Assembly (NCBI GenBank): GCA_964188305.1
Contig: OZ076900.1
Length of the DNA stretch: 64,000 nucleotides
Direction: 5' to 3' (one strand)
DNA from: Podarcis bocagei
Lineage: Eukaryota
Under the pieces are notes generated by a model, which was not told the origin of the DNA, ran no database searches, and saw only the letters and a program-made list of their open reading frames with translations. The position numbers and the translations under genes were made by a program. This document shows, in pieces, positions 15,050 to 30,000 of the stretch. Within the stretch, counting starts at the first letter, position 1. Each line of letters begins with the position of its first letter.

Positions 15050-18000
15050 TGCTGGGAGGTGGGATTGAGGATTAGTACTGTGTTGTCCACAGGAGGGTTT
15101 TTTAACCTTTCTCCTTGTGTTGTTTTCTCAGTTAACTTCCCCCACCCCATGAGTGGAATGGGCAGTGTACTCATTTTGTTGTTGTTGTTTTTGTGTGTCT
15201 TTTTTCGTGCAAGTTAATAGAAATGCCATTGGGGGAGGGGGGAAGGATTATAAAACCTCTCCCCATGCTCCATGTCTTGATCTGAATGTTCACCTCCCCC
15301 AACCAACAGCTGCAATTGTCACTTCAAAAACCTGTGGGGAATCTTGCGTGTGTCTTCGTTTGCCCTCAGGTGACTTTGTGTAAATGTTAATTGCAAATTA
15401 TGTATTTGACCATTGCAGTGGTGCATCTCTTCTATCAAACCTGTTTATTTGTGGCCTCTGTGCAAAGGTTGTTCTTACTGCCAGTGAATCAAAGCCTCTT
15501 TCAGATTTTGCAGTGTTCCATAAACTCTGTTGTACAGTGTTTTTTTTGGAAGCAGCAGTGGTTGGCAGCTTCCAAAAGAGAGATCCACGTAGATCTACTT
15601 TGCTGCATCCTTGGTGTAGTGGTTAAGAGCGTTAGACTTATAATCTGGTGAACTTGGTTCACTTCCCCGCTCTTCCACCTGCAGCTGCTGGGTGACCTTG
15701 GGCCAGTCACACTTCTCTGAAGTCTCTCAGCCCCACTCACATCCCAGAGTGTTTGTTGTGGGGGAAGAAGGGAAATGAGATTGTTAGCCACTTTGAGACT
15801 CCTTAAGGGGAGTGAAAGACGGGATGTCATGTCCAGCCTCCTCCTCCTCTTCTTCTTCTTCTTGCAAAGTTGCTTCTTGTTGACCATTTAATCACGTTCC
15901 CTGGCTTTCTGCACCTTGACTTTCTGCCTGTTTGTCATTAAGTGCAAAAGAATTTAAAAACAAACAAACAAAAAAACACACACTTTTTACATGTCACTTT
16001 CTGTTTTAATGTATGCATTCAGATCTTGACAGAATTTGGTAAGCAAATTGTCCCATTTGTTGCCATTGTTCTGACTTTGAAACACAGCCTGTTGCTTTTT
16101 CTTCAGTGCAGGTAGAGCCGAAAAATAAGAAAGAAGGAGATGCGTGAAAAAGGAGGGATAGGCTTGTCCATGTGGGTGTTGAACCAGGCTCCTGTTTAGC
16201 ACTGAACCAGAGGTTCAGGAATTGGATCCTAGGGACGGGATTCAACTTAAGTTGCTGTATGAGCAAAGTAAAGTCCGCTCACGCAGTGGGACTCCAACCC
16301 TCAGCGTGCCCTCTGCACCCCCTAAATCTGCTTTGGAGAGTGGTAGGGGAGCTCCACTTAGCACCATATTGAATTCCACACCCCATGAAGGCAGGGGTGA
16401 TGCAGGCTGCATCATCCCATGATCGAAAAACGCAGATCAGTTATTGTTTTTTAATTTGCCCTCTCCTCGACTTAGTGCATGTTCGGGAACATTACACAGA
16501 ATCCTCTGCAGAGACTGTACCTTCCTTGCAGTGCCAGTTCTTCTGTCATACAATCGCAAAGCATTCTGAGTTTCTTTCATCTGGATCCCTTACCAGCCAA
16601 CATATACCTTTGTGGAAAGGAATGCTAACCTTGCTTCCTCACACCTGTGGTTGTTTTGTTTTTTTAAAGCAGGAGACCACTATGGTTGCATTTTCTTTTC
16701 TTTTTTTCCTTTTTAAAAAAAGAATCATTGAGCAAATTGCAGTAGATAGCCATAAATGTTACTTGTTTGATTTTGTTGTGCTCTGCAAGGTGTTTTTTTT
16801 GTTGTTGTTGTTGTTTTTTGTTTTTGTTTTTTGGTTAGGGGGAAATGTTCTATTGATGATTGCAGTATCTTGCTCCTGTGGGGTGGGGATGAATTATTCA
16901 GTTCATTGTAATCATCTGTTTAATTCCTCGCCTGCCCTCTTTCAAAAATCTGAACCAGCCAACTCTGTTTTTCAGATGTCTGGGAACTGGAGTTTTGGAA
17001 CAATGATTTTTACCGTATTGGTGTTCACCGTCACTCTAAAGGTTAGTGTCCTCGTTTGAATTTTTAAAAAAGCCACCTCTCAATTTAGTTGTACAGGGGA
17101 GTTCCTGATACTGAGCTTGATGTATTGATGTTACTGGCAGTGATTTTCTTCCTATTGCTCCAACTGCTGTAGTAATTAATGATAATTATGCCCTACAACA
17201 TATTGTATCTAAAGCTCCCCATTCTCTTTTATCTCTTTCTCTTTTTCAAATACTCCAGCTGGCATTAGACACTCGGTTCTGGACGTGGGTGACCCACTTT
17301 GTCATTTGGGGTTCTTTGGTCTTCTATGTGTTTTTCTCATTCTTCTGGGGAGGAATCATTTGGTAAGCATTTTATTTTCAATTTATATTATTGTGCTCCA
17401 GCGTAATCTGCACCGATTGCACCCTGTATTTGGGGGGGTGGCTGTTTGGGTGTTTGTTTTTATTCTTATTATGTATTTTGTGGTTTTATATCTTGATTTT
17501 ACTCTGTGAACCGTCCTGAGACCCCCAAGTATAGGGCAATATATAAATTCAACTAATAATAATAATACCAAAAGTTTAGGGGGGGGTGAATTGCGTGAGA
17601 ACAAATACCTTAATAAATATGAGGTGCCTCCTTCTTTAACATAATGAGATTGATGGTGGGAGGGGGTTATTCACTGCTTCTAAAAATATATTTTTAAACT
17701 TTTTAGGGACATGGGAACATAGAAAGTTGCCTTCTGCTAACTAAGGTCATTAGTCCATGTAGCTCAGCATTGTCAACAATGGCTAGCAGCGGCCTTCTCA
17801 GGCAGGGGCCTCTCTTTTACACCCCACCTGGAAATGCCTCCTGGAACCTTCTGGATGCAAAACATGTGCTCTCCTACCACTGAGCTATGACCCTTCCTCA
17901 GGACGAGGTAGTGGGAAGACCTATGCTCAGACTCTCAATTGGCCATGGAATTCACTAGCTGACCTTGCTAGCAAATGAGTCCACCTACAGCACAAGACTG

Positions 18001-21000
18001 CTGTGGCAATAAATTCTGTGTAGGGAGTGGCCCTGAGATCCAAAGGGAAGAGTCTGTGCCTTTGTGGTAGAGCACATGCTTTGCATGCAGAAGGCCTCGG
18101 ATTCAACCCCTGGCATCTCCAGTTGAAAGGTGCTGGGGAATGACCCCTTCCTAAAATCTTGCATAACTGTGGCTAAACAAGAGTGGACAGCACAGGTCTT
18201 GGTGAACCGGTGGCCCAACTCAGTGTAAGTTAGCTTCATAGGGATAGCTCAGCTGGTAGAGCACAAGACTCCAAATCTCAGGGTTGTAGGTTTGAGCTCC
18301 ACGTTGGGCAAAAAGAGTCCTTCACTTCAGGGGGTTGGACTAGATGCCCCCTGTGGTTCCTTCCAACTCTGGTCTGTGATTCTGTGTGCACAGATGGGGC
18401 TGGAGTATAAAATGCATTACCGTATTTTTCCATGTATAACATGCCCCCGTGTATAACATAACCTCTATTTTTGGGGACTCCAAATAAAGAAAATGGGGGG
18501 AGATTGCCCAGAATTGTTAAGCTTTTTTTGGGGGGGGGGGTTGCCCAGAGTTGTGGTTTGGGCAGGGATTGCCAAAAATCACTCACCCGCCTGACCGATG
18601 CTGAAAAATTGCTCATGTCGCCAAAGCCACCGGTTGTCTGCAGGCTTTCTGCCAGCAACCACCGATTGCACGCCCAATTTCCACAGCGGATGCCAATCGA
18701 CCGCAGTCATGGCCACAGCCACCAATCACCCACCCAATCGCTGCTGACAATCTGCTCGCGACAGAAACCAATTGCCAGTCCCCCATATGCACTATGTACA
18801 AGTGAACCCCCCAATTTTAAACTTGAAAAAATAGGGGAAAATATAGTCTAATACACAGAGAAATATGGTAATCCTATATTATAATAGGGGCCTCAGGTCT
18901 CCCATGTGCCAATCCTTGCATGTGCATGCATAGTTTTTTAAAGACTCACCTGTCTACTTACAATCCCAGACCACTAAAATAACAGTAGAATGACAGTCCT
19001 CGTTAGAGTCACAAATACTGGCACCAGAGCCTACAAACAGCCACTGGAACGTAAGACATTGAAAACAAACTAGCAAAAGATTTGTGTGGGCAAAATGGCA
19101 TGATCCATGTTCAGTGAAGGGGCTATCGGCAGATTTGAGAGAACAAGATGGGGGGTGGGTTGCAATGGCTCAGTGAAGGCCCAATGGGCATTGGGAATAC
19201 TGAGTGACTGTTTAGGAGGGGCATGGAAAACCAAGTGGTTAGGAGGGAGAATGTAATGGAATAGCCTGGGAGAGGGCATGGCTGGCTGGCATCATGAACT
19301 GGAGCACTCCATGCTACTTTCTGTTGCTTGTAATAAGTTTTCACATTCATATTACAGTGGTACCTCAGGTTACATATGCTTCAGGTTACATACGCTTCAG
19401 GTTACATACGCTTCAGGTTACAGACTCCGCTAGCCCAGAAATAGTACCTCGGGTTAAGAACTTTGCTTCAGGATGAGAAGAGAAATCGTGCTCCGGTGGC
19501 GCGGCAGCAGCGGGAGGTCCCATTAGCTAAAGTGGTGCTTCAGGCTAAGAACAGTTTCAGGTTAAGAACAGGCCTCCAGAACTAATTAAGTACTTAACCT
19601 GAGGTACCACTATATAGTTGATTTATATATCATAAATCTTGATGCTTTGGGATAAATAAAAGAATGAGGCAAGCCTGTTTGGTTGAGGGGTGGTTTTTTG
19701 TTTTGTTCTGTCTTTTTAAATAAATCTAATGTGTGCCTTTCTTTCTCCCTTCTTCTTTGTTGTTCCGGCCAGGCCTTTCTTGAAGCAACAAAGAATGTAT
19801 CATGTCTTTGCCCAGCTGCTGACTTCTGTCTCAGTCTGGTTGGCAATATTTTGCCTGATCTTACTTGCCCTTCTCCCCGAGATCCTTTACCAACTCTTTA
19901 AAAGCATGAAGAGAAAACGCCACCAGGTAAGGAGCGAACGGAAGAAGCCTGACACTTCTGAACCCGAAGAGTGGATCCCCCTCTTCTAAGCGATCTCTTT
20001 GGCAGGCAGGCTGTTTGGAACATTTGGAAAGCTCTGCCCAGATTATCTAGCAGTGCCTCTTAGACAGCCAATGGCTCTTTGTCGAGATCAGCAAAGAGGA
20101 TATCTCTGGGATATGGAAGGGCAGCTGGCAGTGCATAGCAGACAACAGCTTCATCCATCTAGCCTGTCCAGACCTGAACTCATAGAGGCTGGACCAAGAC
20201 GAGTGAGAACGCAAGCAGGGGTTTCCAGAAAGAACTTTCCCCCCAAACTCCAAATCAGACCCAGACTCCATATTTTGAGGTTTTCAGCTGGACCTTTGCT
20301 TAGGGCTTCCTGCATCTCTTTCAGCAGTTATGGAAGGTGGTGTTTTGTTTTTGTTTTTTATGAGAGGAGATGTCCAATTTCTTTATGTCCCTTTATGTCT
20401 GATGAGGGCTGAATTGCGTACCTGTGTGAATCTGATACTGCAAGGAGCCATTTGTGCTGGAAGCATAAATCCCATAGCATACCTGTTGGGACCAGCAGGA
20501 TGGGAGCTTGGTTTTCCTCTGTGATGCTTAACAAGCACTAAACCCCAGCCGTCTTAAGTCCCTCACTTGGGCTAGTTGAATAGTACTTAGTTCTCAGTTT
20601 TTCAAAAACACTAAGAGTCTGCTGCTCAGAAGCTGCGACTTTGACCCACTCACCCCCAGCAGCCACCATCCATGACAGATTGGGCCTGCCAGCTGAATCA
20701 TCCTTTGTGTCAGTGAGGCCTTGGCAACAGTCGCCTGCTGCAAATGTACCTCCCTGGAAATCCTAGCCACGGGTGAGGAAGTGTGTGATCTGTGAGCTCA
20801 TAAGCTCCGTACTTCCCCCTTGAGCATAAGTAGCCCCTCCCTGCCTTTCTAGCCTTAAACCTGGATTGGGAGGGAATCCTGGATAATGCTAAGCACTGTA
20901 AGTGCCAGTGCAGATGGTAAACTGGGATTGCAGCTGGGCAGGGAACAGGTAGCTGATTTCTTAGTTGACAGACCAGCAGTATTACATCTGCATCAGAACT

Positions 21001-24000
21001 CCCATATAATATTTGTTTCATATGGTTCTAGCCCATAAACCATTTCGTGAATTGCAGGTCTCCCTTTTCTTATTTGTCTTTTTAAAAAACTGCTGGAGTT
21101 GGCATTGTTTTAACAAGGATTTGGTGAGTTCTAAGTGATGCCTTCAGAAATATTTCCCGTTGGTTTTTTTTATACAGCGTGTTGAAAAATGTTGCCGTGT
21201 GCATTATGTTAGATTGTACTTTCATGCGGTTTTACAGTAAACTTTATACACAATTAACATGTCAAAGAGTTGTCTTTGCTAAAGTATAAAAAAGGCACAA
21301 TAGCATTATTATTAAAGTACCCCAAAATAAATAGAGGAGGCTGTAGACGCTTTTGATGGGTACCTGTCAGTCGAAGGAGTACTATGCAAGGTAGCTTTGC
21401 CAGCAGAGGGCAGTGGCTAAAACTGAGCAAAGGTTTCCAGTTCAGACTGCAGTTTCACAGGACAGCCTTTGGCTCAGCTCCCCACCCATATGTTTTTGGG
21501 GTGATTGGTACAAACATTGGTGTGATGTGAAGTGCTTTGAACACTCCACAGTAAGTTTTTGTTGTTGTTATTGCCCTTGACACATTGAATCCACTAATTC
21601 TGCTGTGTTTTCTGACCGGCAGATGGCCGGGGGGGGGGGGCAACATTTCCCTCTTTCAAGTTACATTAACAGCACATTTAGGGGCAAATAGTAGGCAGGT
21701 CCCCTGACAGTTTCCTAAGGGGTTTAAAAGGTGGGGAAATTGCATCAGGGTTCCAAGTCATGTGGGCAACCTTTCCACATAGAGTTGCCTCTCCAGGCAC
21801 AGGGTTTTTTGTGGGGGACACAGGGCATTGTGTCCTTCTTGGCTGTTCTCCAGTGGCATGCTCCGGCACTGCTGCTCCCTGCTTCAAACCACACCATCCA
21901 GCCCATGGAAGGAGGCAGGACCAGGCAAGAGCACTGCACCAGAAGTGGTGGGGTTGATGAGCAGGCAGTTGCAAACCCTGTAAGGGTTAATGGCCAAATA
22001 GGACTGCAGACTTGTTGCACAGCAACATCCCTGCACCCTGTAGAGCCAGGGTGGGGACCTGTGACCCTCCAGATATTCCTGACTCCCACCAGCCCTGGCT
22101 GAATTGGGAGGAATAGATTGTTTAGTGATTTTGGAGGTCAGATTAAATACTTTCCCCCCAAAGGCATGGATGTAATACAGTCATATCTTGGTTCTCAAAT
22201 GCCCTGCAATTCAAACGTTTTGGCTTCCAAACGCCGTAAACTAAGAAGTGAGTGTTCCAATTTGCAAACTTTTTTGGAAGCCGAATGTCTTATGCAGCTT
22301 CTGCAGCTTCCAATTGGGTGCAGGAAGCTCGTGCAGCCAATCGGAAGTTGTGCCTTGGTTTTCAAACTTCCGGAACAGATTCCATTCAAGAACCAAGGTA
22401 CGACTGCAGTCCGTTGTGGGCATCACAATGTATCCAGTTCACAAAAGAAAACCTCAGACCTTCCCCTTTCATGAAAAGGCCAAAACACTGAAACACACAC
22501 AAACAAAAAGCCAGGCATCACCCCGTCTTGATCCACCAGACCAAAGGAGGGGTTGTGGGAGTGGTTGGGTGCAGGGGTATCAAGGATGGATGCCAAAAAC
22601 GCCAGAGAGATCAGTTCTAGTGCTTTATTAAAAGAAAGGTGTAGATCAACAGCAAATCAGCCTGCCAGCCTTTACAGACATGGAACTGTCACCGCAGCAA
22701 GGAGATGGCTTGTCCGTGCCCAAGTAAACGTGCATATGTTTCTTTATACACCAAGTAGCATACGTCACTTTGGCCAGGACTTCCCGTCACTTCACCTTAC
22801 TAGAAGAGGACATAGGTGGCAAGCACCCAAATCTTACAGAGAGTTCCTGTTTCTGGGCTCAGAGCCCAGCACCCGAAGCCCACAGATAAGGATAGCATCA
22901 AAGTCAGCCAATTAGCGTATATCAAAGCAAGTGAATATAAACATATATGAGCTCCTTGCTACAGCAACTACCAGTTAATTGTGGGGTTATCTTGACTACC
23001 AAGATGGCATTAGCAAAGCTTCTGGAGTGGTTCACCTTTGGTTCAGCACAACCCCAACTAGGGATGGGGAAGAAGTTCAGCTCAGTTTGGGTTTAAGTGC
23101 GTACCTACCTATTTTGCACTTTCTGAAAGAATAACTAAAACTCCATCACCCTTTGAAATTTGCAGTTCTCTGCATTTTGCAATGCAGTTACCCAGTCAAG
23201 TAACGTATTTAAAAAATGCGTAACGTAAATTGTGCATGTGAAATGCTGTATGTTAGGGGCGATTGCTTTGCAAAATGTGTGTATTAGGCAAAATTGCAAG
23301 CATTTGTATATCATGGTTGCAATATTGCAAGTGACACTGCAATATTGATGAATTTTCACAAAGACAAGTGAGGAGAACTGAAAATATGACTGGGAGTATG
23401 CGAAACTCAGAGAAACTGCAATTGGCTTATTCATCCCTAAGCCCAACCAAACACCCTTTCCCCAAAATGAAAATACTCTTTGAAAAGAGAGGGAGAGAGG
23501 AGTGGGTGGGTGGGATAGTGGGTATTGGCAGACACCAAGAAGGATCCGTGGTGCCCCCAGGCACCAAGTTAGGGTTCCCAACATTAAACTGGGATGAACA
23601 AATAGCACAACTGGCTTTGTTGTGTGCTTGTGTTCTCTCTTGGTGTGGAGTCCAAGAGAGACAGACAGTTCACTTCCCTCTTAAAATCTGTGTTCTAGTT
23701 CTTTTTATTACAGTCAGTTCCTTCAATTTATTTTTTATACAGAGCACAGTTGAGCGGGGAGAAGACTTGCAAAACTGCTCTGGGAAGAAAGGGGGTGTTC
23801 ACAATGTTCCAGGTTCCAGCCAATCAGTGCTGTGCACAGCCAACTTCTGCAAACCAGGATTTCCTGTGAACTTAATGAGATGATTGTTCATTGGAACAAA
23901 ATTCAATGACGGTGCCTCCAGAAGCAGACTACCTAAAATTATATGCAACTGTATATAACCCTGTATGGAGTCTGAGGCACTTATGGAAGGAGAAAGGAGG

Positions 24001-27000
24001 TTTTTCAGTTCAAAGGACAAAATCCTTTTCTCATTTTACAGCTTGAATAAATATTATATGTGGCTGTTTTATTCAAGCTGTAAAATGATAAAAGGGTTTT
24101 GTACTTTGATCCTCGAATTTTTATGCAGTCTGCCCAAGAGAAATGATCAGTTCTGCCAATTGAGAAGATTTTCTTGTGAAAGATTTATCTGGGGGAAAAA
24201 GAGACAACTGGTATCACAGTATAGTATTGTGTGACGTATTCAACTTCTTTGGTTGGCCAATCTAAAAAAACAAAGGTGTGTGAAAATGCAACCCAAGTGA
24301 GTGGGAACTGAGGTGGTAGAGCATTTTCCCTCTTGAAAGGCTAAAGCAAAGATACGAAATCTGTGGCCCTTCAGATGTTGGTGAACTATAGTAGCTCTCC
24401 TCATCCTTGACCGGCTGGCCATGTTGACTGCGTCTGACAGCAGTTGAATTCAGTAACACCTCAGTGTACCAGCTTCCTCTCCCCATGTTCTAGGAACATG
24501 GCAGAGTTTTACAAAAATTGGGAGAAGAGAGCAAGTGAAGTTTGATACACCTTTCTTCTGCCCCCAGAAAAGAGACAGAGTCACCCAATGAAATCGACTT
24601 GACGGTAGACAAAAGAATGTTCCTTCCTCTGTGGCAGCACCTTCCATATGAGAGGCGTAGTCAAAGTGGCACTCTCTAGGCCAGTACTTCTCAAACTTGG
24701 GTCTCCAGCTGTTTTTGGACTACTAATCCCATCATCTCTAGCTAGCGGGACCAGTAGTCAGGGATGATAGCAGTTGTAGTCCAACAACAGCTGGGGCCCC
24801 CAAGTGTGACAAACGCTGTTCTAGGTGTTGCTAGGCTGTAGTTCCCATCACCGACCACCATAGCTGTGGTTGATGAGAGCTAGAGTCCATCATCTGGAAT
24901 GGTAATAGGTTACCTTATGGCAAAGTTTGCTAGCTATCCTGCATTTCTTTTTACACTGAAACTCTTAAGGGTTAGACAAAATCTTGGAGGGGAGAGGTCC
25001 TTTATTTTATTTTGAAAAATAATAATATTTTTTGTCATGTTTACATTCCACCTTTTTGTCTGTCGTGGAACCCAACCAAGGCAGAGGATATGTGGTTCCC
25101 TAGTGATCACCCACCCTGACACTGACATGTCCCAGATCCATCAGACGAGGCGATGATGCCATGTGCCTTCGGACCATGCTCTGGCCAATGGCACCAAGAG
25201 TTAAATGCAGCCCCAGGGAAGCGCCCATATTCAGGTGCACGCATAGATGATCTATATAGATCTATATAGATCTATATAGATCTATATAGCTATCTATATA
25301 TCACACATATACATATACATATACATATGCACACACACCACCAATAATTGTATTAGCCCTCCACCCCCGTTCAGGAAACGGAAACAATCCAAAAGTATTT
25401 GGCTGGTCACCTTTGGAAACAAGATGCCTGGAAACGAGATGGGCGTTCTGCTGGAGCCAGCAGGGCTGATTCCTGAGTGTAAAAGATTACATACACATTT
25501 TTTTAAAATGCAATACAGATAAAGGTTCCCTCCCCTCCCCTTTTTTTGCCTGCTCTGGATAAACTGATTTTTTTAAAAGCCTCCCCTCCTCCCTCTGGCC
25601 TATTTCAGAACAAATCAGCTTCAGTCGCTGTGCTTTTGTTCCCCAAGTCTTCCTGTTTAAAAACTGCTGCTCTCTTGTCTCTAACTCTTCAGTGCTTCTC
25701 TATCTCAACATATTCTGTTTTCCCTGGTTTTTATTAACAGCGCCTTCCCCCATGTTGAGGAGATATTTGAGTGGAAAGTTCATTTGTAATTTCTCTCTCT
25801 CTTGCTCCCCCCCCCCCCGCCTGTCCCCGCATTCCTTTCTGCCCCCACCTACCCCCCTGCCTCTTTGAAATCTCCCCCTTTTTTCTTTTGTGCCCTTCTG
25901 AACCAGGTAACGCGGCGCCTTCCTTCCTCGGGAACATCTACTATCTTCGTGCTCTCTCAAACTTCCAGCAATCACAGCTTCTCTGAATGAATAAGGTGAT
26001 CTTTCTTCTCTAATAATTGGAAACCCTTGAGCCACTTAGCTGCTTTCCTTTCTCTCTACGCATATAACCTCCTTGATAATGTGTGTGTGTGTCTTGCCTT
26101 TTCCTTTTGAAGATGCATCTCCTTGCATTTCTGCTTTTCACTGTCCATTGCTTCCTCCTGTCGTTCCATCTCTCCCCTTCCCCAAAGGCATCCCAATCTC
26201 CCCCCTCCCCAATAGCCCAGCTGTCTTTGTGCCTGACAAGGCTCTGAAGCTGACTGCTTGGAGATTGCAGCTGCCAGCATTGACCAGCTTTTGTGACTGA
26301 ACCATCCATGGAAGAGCCCGTGGTGGTGTAATGGTTAGGGTATTAGACTTGCATTCAAATCCCCACTCCCGCCAGGAAGCTCACTGGATGACCTTGGGCC
26401 AGTAACCAGTATCATCGACTTCATCATCATTATCAATTTATTTCCACCCCAGCTTTTCCCCTAACGGGACTCAAGGCACTTTACACATAAACTCACCACC
26501 TATCAGCCTAGCAGTTGCTAACAATAGTGCTGACAATGTCAAGTTTGCAGGTTCGAACCCTGTGTGTGCCAGCTGCATTGCATGAAGTTGGACTAGATGA
26601 TACCTCAAGGTCCCTTCCAACTCCACAATTCTCCACAATTTTACATTGCAGGGTTGGTGGGTTGAGGATAGCATGGAGATAACAGAGCCAAATGCGTCAC
26701 CTTGAGCTCCTTGGAGGAAATACAAAAACTAAAGCAAATACCACAGATAGGACCATTACCCCTGCCTGTCCAGTGTTTTCTCCTCCCTACCTCCACCCTC
26801 CCTCATTGGTGGAGTCAGCTCACCCAGGTCGGCTGCCAGACGGCCCTTTCAATGGGATGCAGTGGTGGAGCTCCGGGGCGGAAGATAATGTACCATTTCA
26901 GACTGAAGGTGGGGAAACACTTTTTTTTTTTAATTGCATTAGTTTGTTGTTGGCATGGATCTGTCTCGAGAGACAGTGGAGCGCACCTCCAGGGTGTGTG

Positions 27001-30000
27001 TGTGTGAAATCAAACCACTGGAGAAGCACAGCGCCTGCCAGTAACTCATAACTGCTGCCTCCCATGTTGTTTCTTCTGCACTAGCATCACCAGAGAGTGA
27101 CCTCTCTGAGGCGCAAGCCTGGGCAGTGTACATGGAGGCCCTGGGCTGCCCAAGCAACAAGCCCCGCCTCCCTCAGCCTCCCTGATGTGGTCCAGGAAAA
27201 AGCAGAGCAAGACATTTGGCACCAGCTTGGCTGCAGAAGTTGCCAGAAGGAGGTGTACAAGGTGCTATCCAACCATCTTAGGGTCTCCACTCTGGATTAG
27301 TGTAGGGTTTACTCCTTAGCTTTTTGTTCTCCCAAAGTTATCCCACAAGGCAGCAGAGGTTTAGGATCAAGAGTTTTCCTTCCCAGACTGATGAGCTAGT
27401 CCCTATCTCACTGAGGGCTTGGGACCCATCAGCTGCCCTCACCTGGTTTTGCTGGCCGGTTGAAGCCATTCTCAGGGTGTGGACACTCTCACGTGCTGAC
27501 AACTTCTAGGAACTCCTCATAATAATAAATTTTTATTTGTACCCTGCCCACCCCAGCCAGTATACAAAGAACATATAAACAGGCAATCAGTTAGCTAAAA
27601 TACATCTTAAAATGAGTTCAGAGCAAATTAAAATCTGGACAGATGGCAGTCCACGGGTAAAATTGAGCAGAGTGGGGATGAACTACCCCGGAAGCAACAT
27701 GACATGTTCCCCCACAAGAGGTACAACCCCTCCCCTAACACCCCATTTACTTCAGTGCTATTAGCTTAATTCCTAGACTGCTCTTCATCTGATGATTGCA
27801 GGGCAGGATTGCGCAGTATTCAAAATCCTAACAAAAATAAATGTATATATGCTATTAAAATGCCACCCATAGCTCCATAACATAGTTCCATACAGGAAAC
27901 CAGGCAGAGGGCCTTCTCAACAGTGGCACCCGCCCTGTGGAACACCCTCCCATCAGGTGTCTAGGAAATAAGCAACTATCCTGACTTTCAGAAGACATCT
28001 GAAGGCAGCCTTGTTTAGGGAAGTTTTTAATGTTTGAAGTTTTATTCTGTTTTTGGTGTTCTGTTGGTAGACACCCAAATGGGTGGGGTATAAATAATAA
28101 AATTATTGTTGCTGTTATTACTCAGTTTTGTGAAAGGCTGGCCAGGAAGCTGCTAGATAATGGAAAATTCAGCCGCTAAGCTACTTACTGGGGCAGCCTA
28201 TCACTCTTAAAGGAATTAACACTGATTGTAGATAAGCTACTGGGCCAGGTGTTGGTACTGACCTATAATGTCTTAATTTGTTTTTGCACCACTTCAGGTA
28301 TCATTGCTGTTCATCAGGTGTGGGGGGACCTTCAGCCCATGGGCTAGACTTGGGTCACCAGGCCTCCCCATTTGGCCTGTGAGGCAGATTCCCCCTAAAC
28401 CACACTTGTGTCAGATGTTGGGCTGGTAAAGATGCGGCTTCATAAAGCAGGAAAAAACTTCCTGCATGTCTGCTGATGCAGGGAGTTCACCCCTTTTCAT
28501 TTCAGGTGAGCTAGTGAATGCCTGCTGGGAACTGGCTGGCTCAGCCAAGCCCTGCACAAAGCAGGGCTGAACTCCCTGCCATCAGGTAGCACACAGGGAG
28601 TTCAAACCTGCTTGAGCAACATCTCCCCCACCCCTTTGACAGTTGGGTGTCCCACCCACCTGACAAAGTTACCCCGCCAGGGTGCGGAAGATGAATACCT
28701 GGCCCCCTGGGCAAAAAAAAACAAAAAAAAACTCTCCACCATTACAATTACTTGGTGAGGCCTGCCTTGTCATGCCGAAGCCTATGGGAATATAGCCAGT
28801 GGTCGCTAGAGGGAGGGCCTTTTCTGTGGTGGCCCCTGTAGTGGAACAGCTTTTTCCCTAAGCTTAGGCTAGTGCTTGCATTAATGTTGCTTAGACACCT
28901 TTTCGAAATATAGACATGAACCTTTTTGTTGAGCTGGAACGGACAGCCGCAAGACTGCAGCAATATAACTTCCAGCACATTTGCAAAGCTAAGCAGAGTC
29001 TGGTATGGTTTCAAACTGGATTGTAGGGGGTTGAACTAGATGGCTGTCAGGGTCCCTTCCAACTCCACGATTCTATAGGTGGCTGATGGCCTATACATTT
29101 TACAAGGCCTGGCCAGTCCAGAGGCTTCATATCTCTAGGTGATAATGGGGGCCAGTGTTGCACCCTGACATTCCCTCCTATCCATGAAGGGGCCTGTGAG
29201 GCTAGTACACAGAGAATCCTAGTTAATTTACTAGGCAGGTCCTTAAGAAGATGGAACTCAGAATCAGTGAGGCCTCTCAGGTGGGGGATAGCAGGTAGTG
29301 GTTGAAGGCATGTAACCTGTATTTCCCCCACACTCTGAACGGAGCAGAAAGCCAATAGGGTGAGGCTTTCTTTCTCTGCTGCATTGAGTGGAGTTGTGAA
29401 AATGAACCACATGCTTCTCAGTTGATATCTGGGAAGGCGATTTTCTTCTTCACAAACTGGTCCGCTTTTCTCACAGTAAGTTGTGTGCTGTCTCTCCACC
29501 CCCCCACCCCCACCCCTCCCCTGCCACCCTTTCCTTTTAACGTTTTTTGTTTCCATTTTAGCTTCCGGAGCTCAGTTGCGTTGCCTTGTTAACCTCGCTT
29601 TGCCCAGATCATCTGTTGCATTTTCACGTGCTTTATACTCTGTTTGCCTCACCCTTTGCAGAAAAGAGGGCGCCCTAGGATTGCAGCCAGTTCAGTGCCG
29701 ACCAGACCGTCAGTCAGACCTCTCCTTTTAAGAACCTTCTCAGACGAATCTAATGTATTGTGACAGGTATCCTGTTCTCGAGAATTAGGGCCTGGGAAGG
29801 CATGGATTAACCAAGTGATCCCTGAAATCAATTAAAATGTGATTCTTGTAATCTCAGCCACTGGGGCTGGCGACCCTCCTTGCCAAACATCGCCAGGTAC
29901 AATGCCTGCCATATGGGTTTTGGGTGCCATTTGGGAGTTTTGGATTTTCTTCTTCTTTTTTAGTGGAGATGTTTTTATTAAAAGCAAGATAACCAGAAGC

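Noticed and set aside
16385-17059. 224-aa ORF
   Set aside because: T-rich intron read-through into the 66-nt ATP11C exon.
19927-19989. Intron read-through tail [20 protein letters not shown]
   Set aside because: Strong donor at 19926 and no nearby polyA signal; the short frame is expected by chance.
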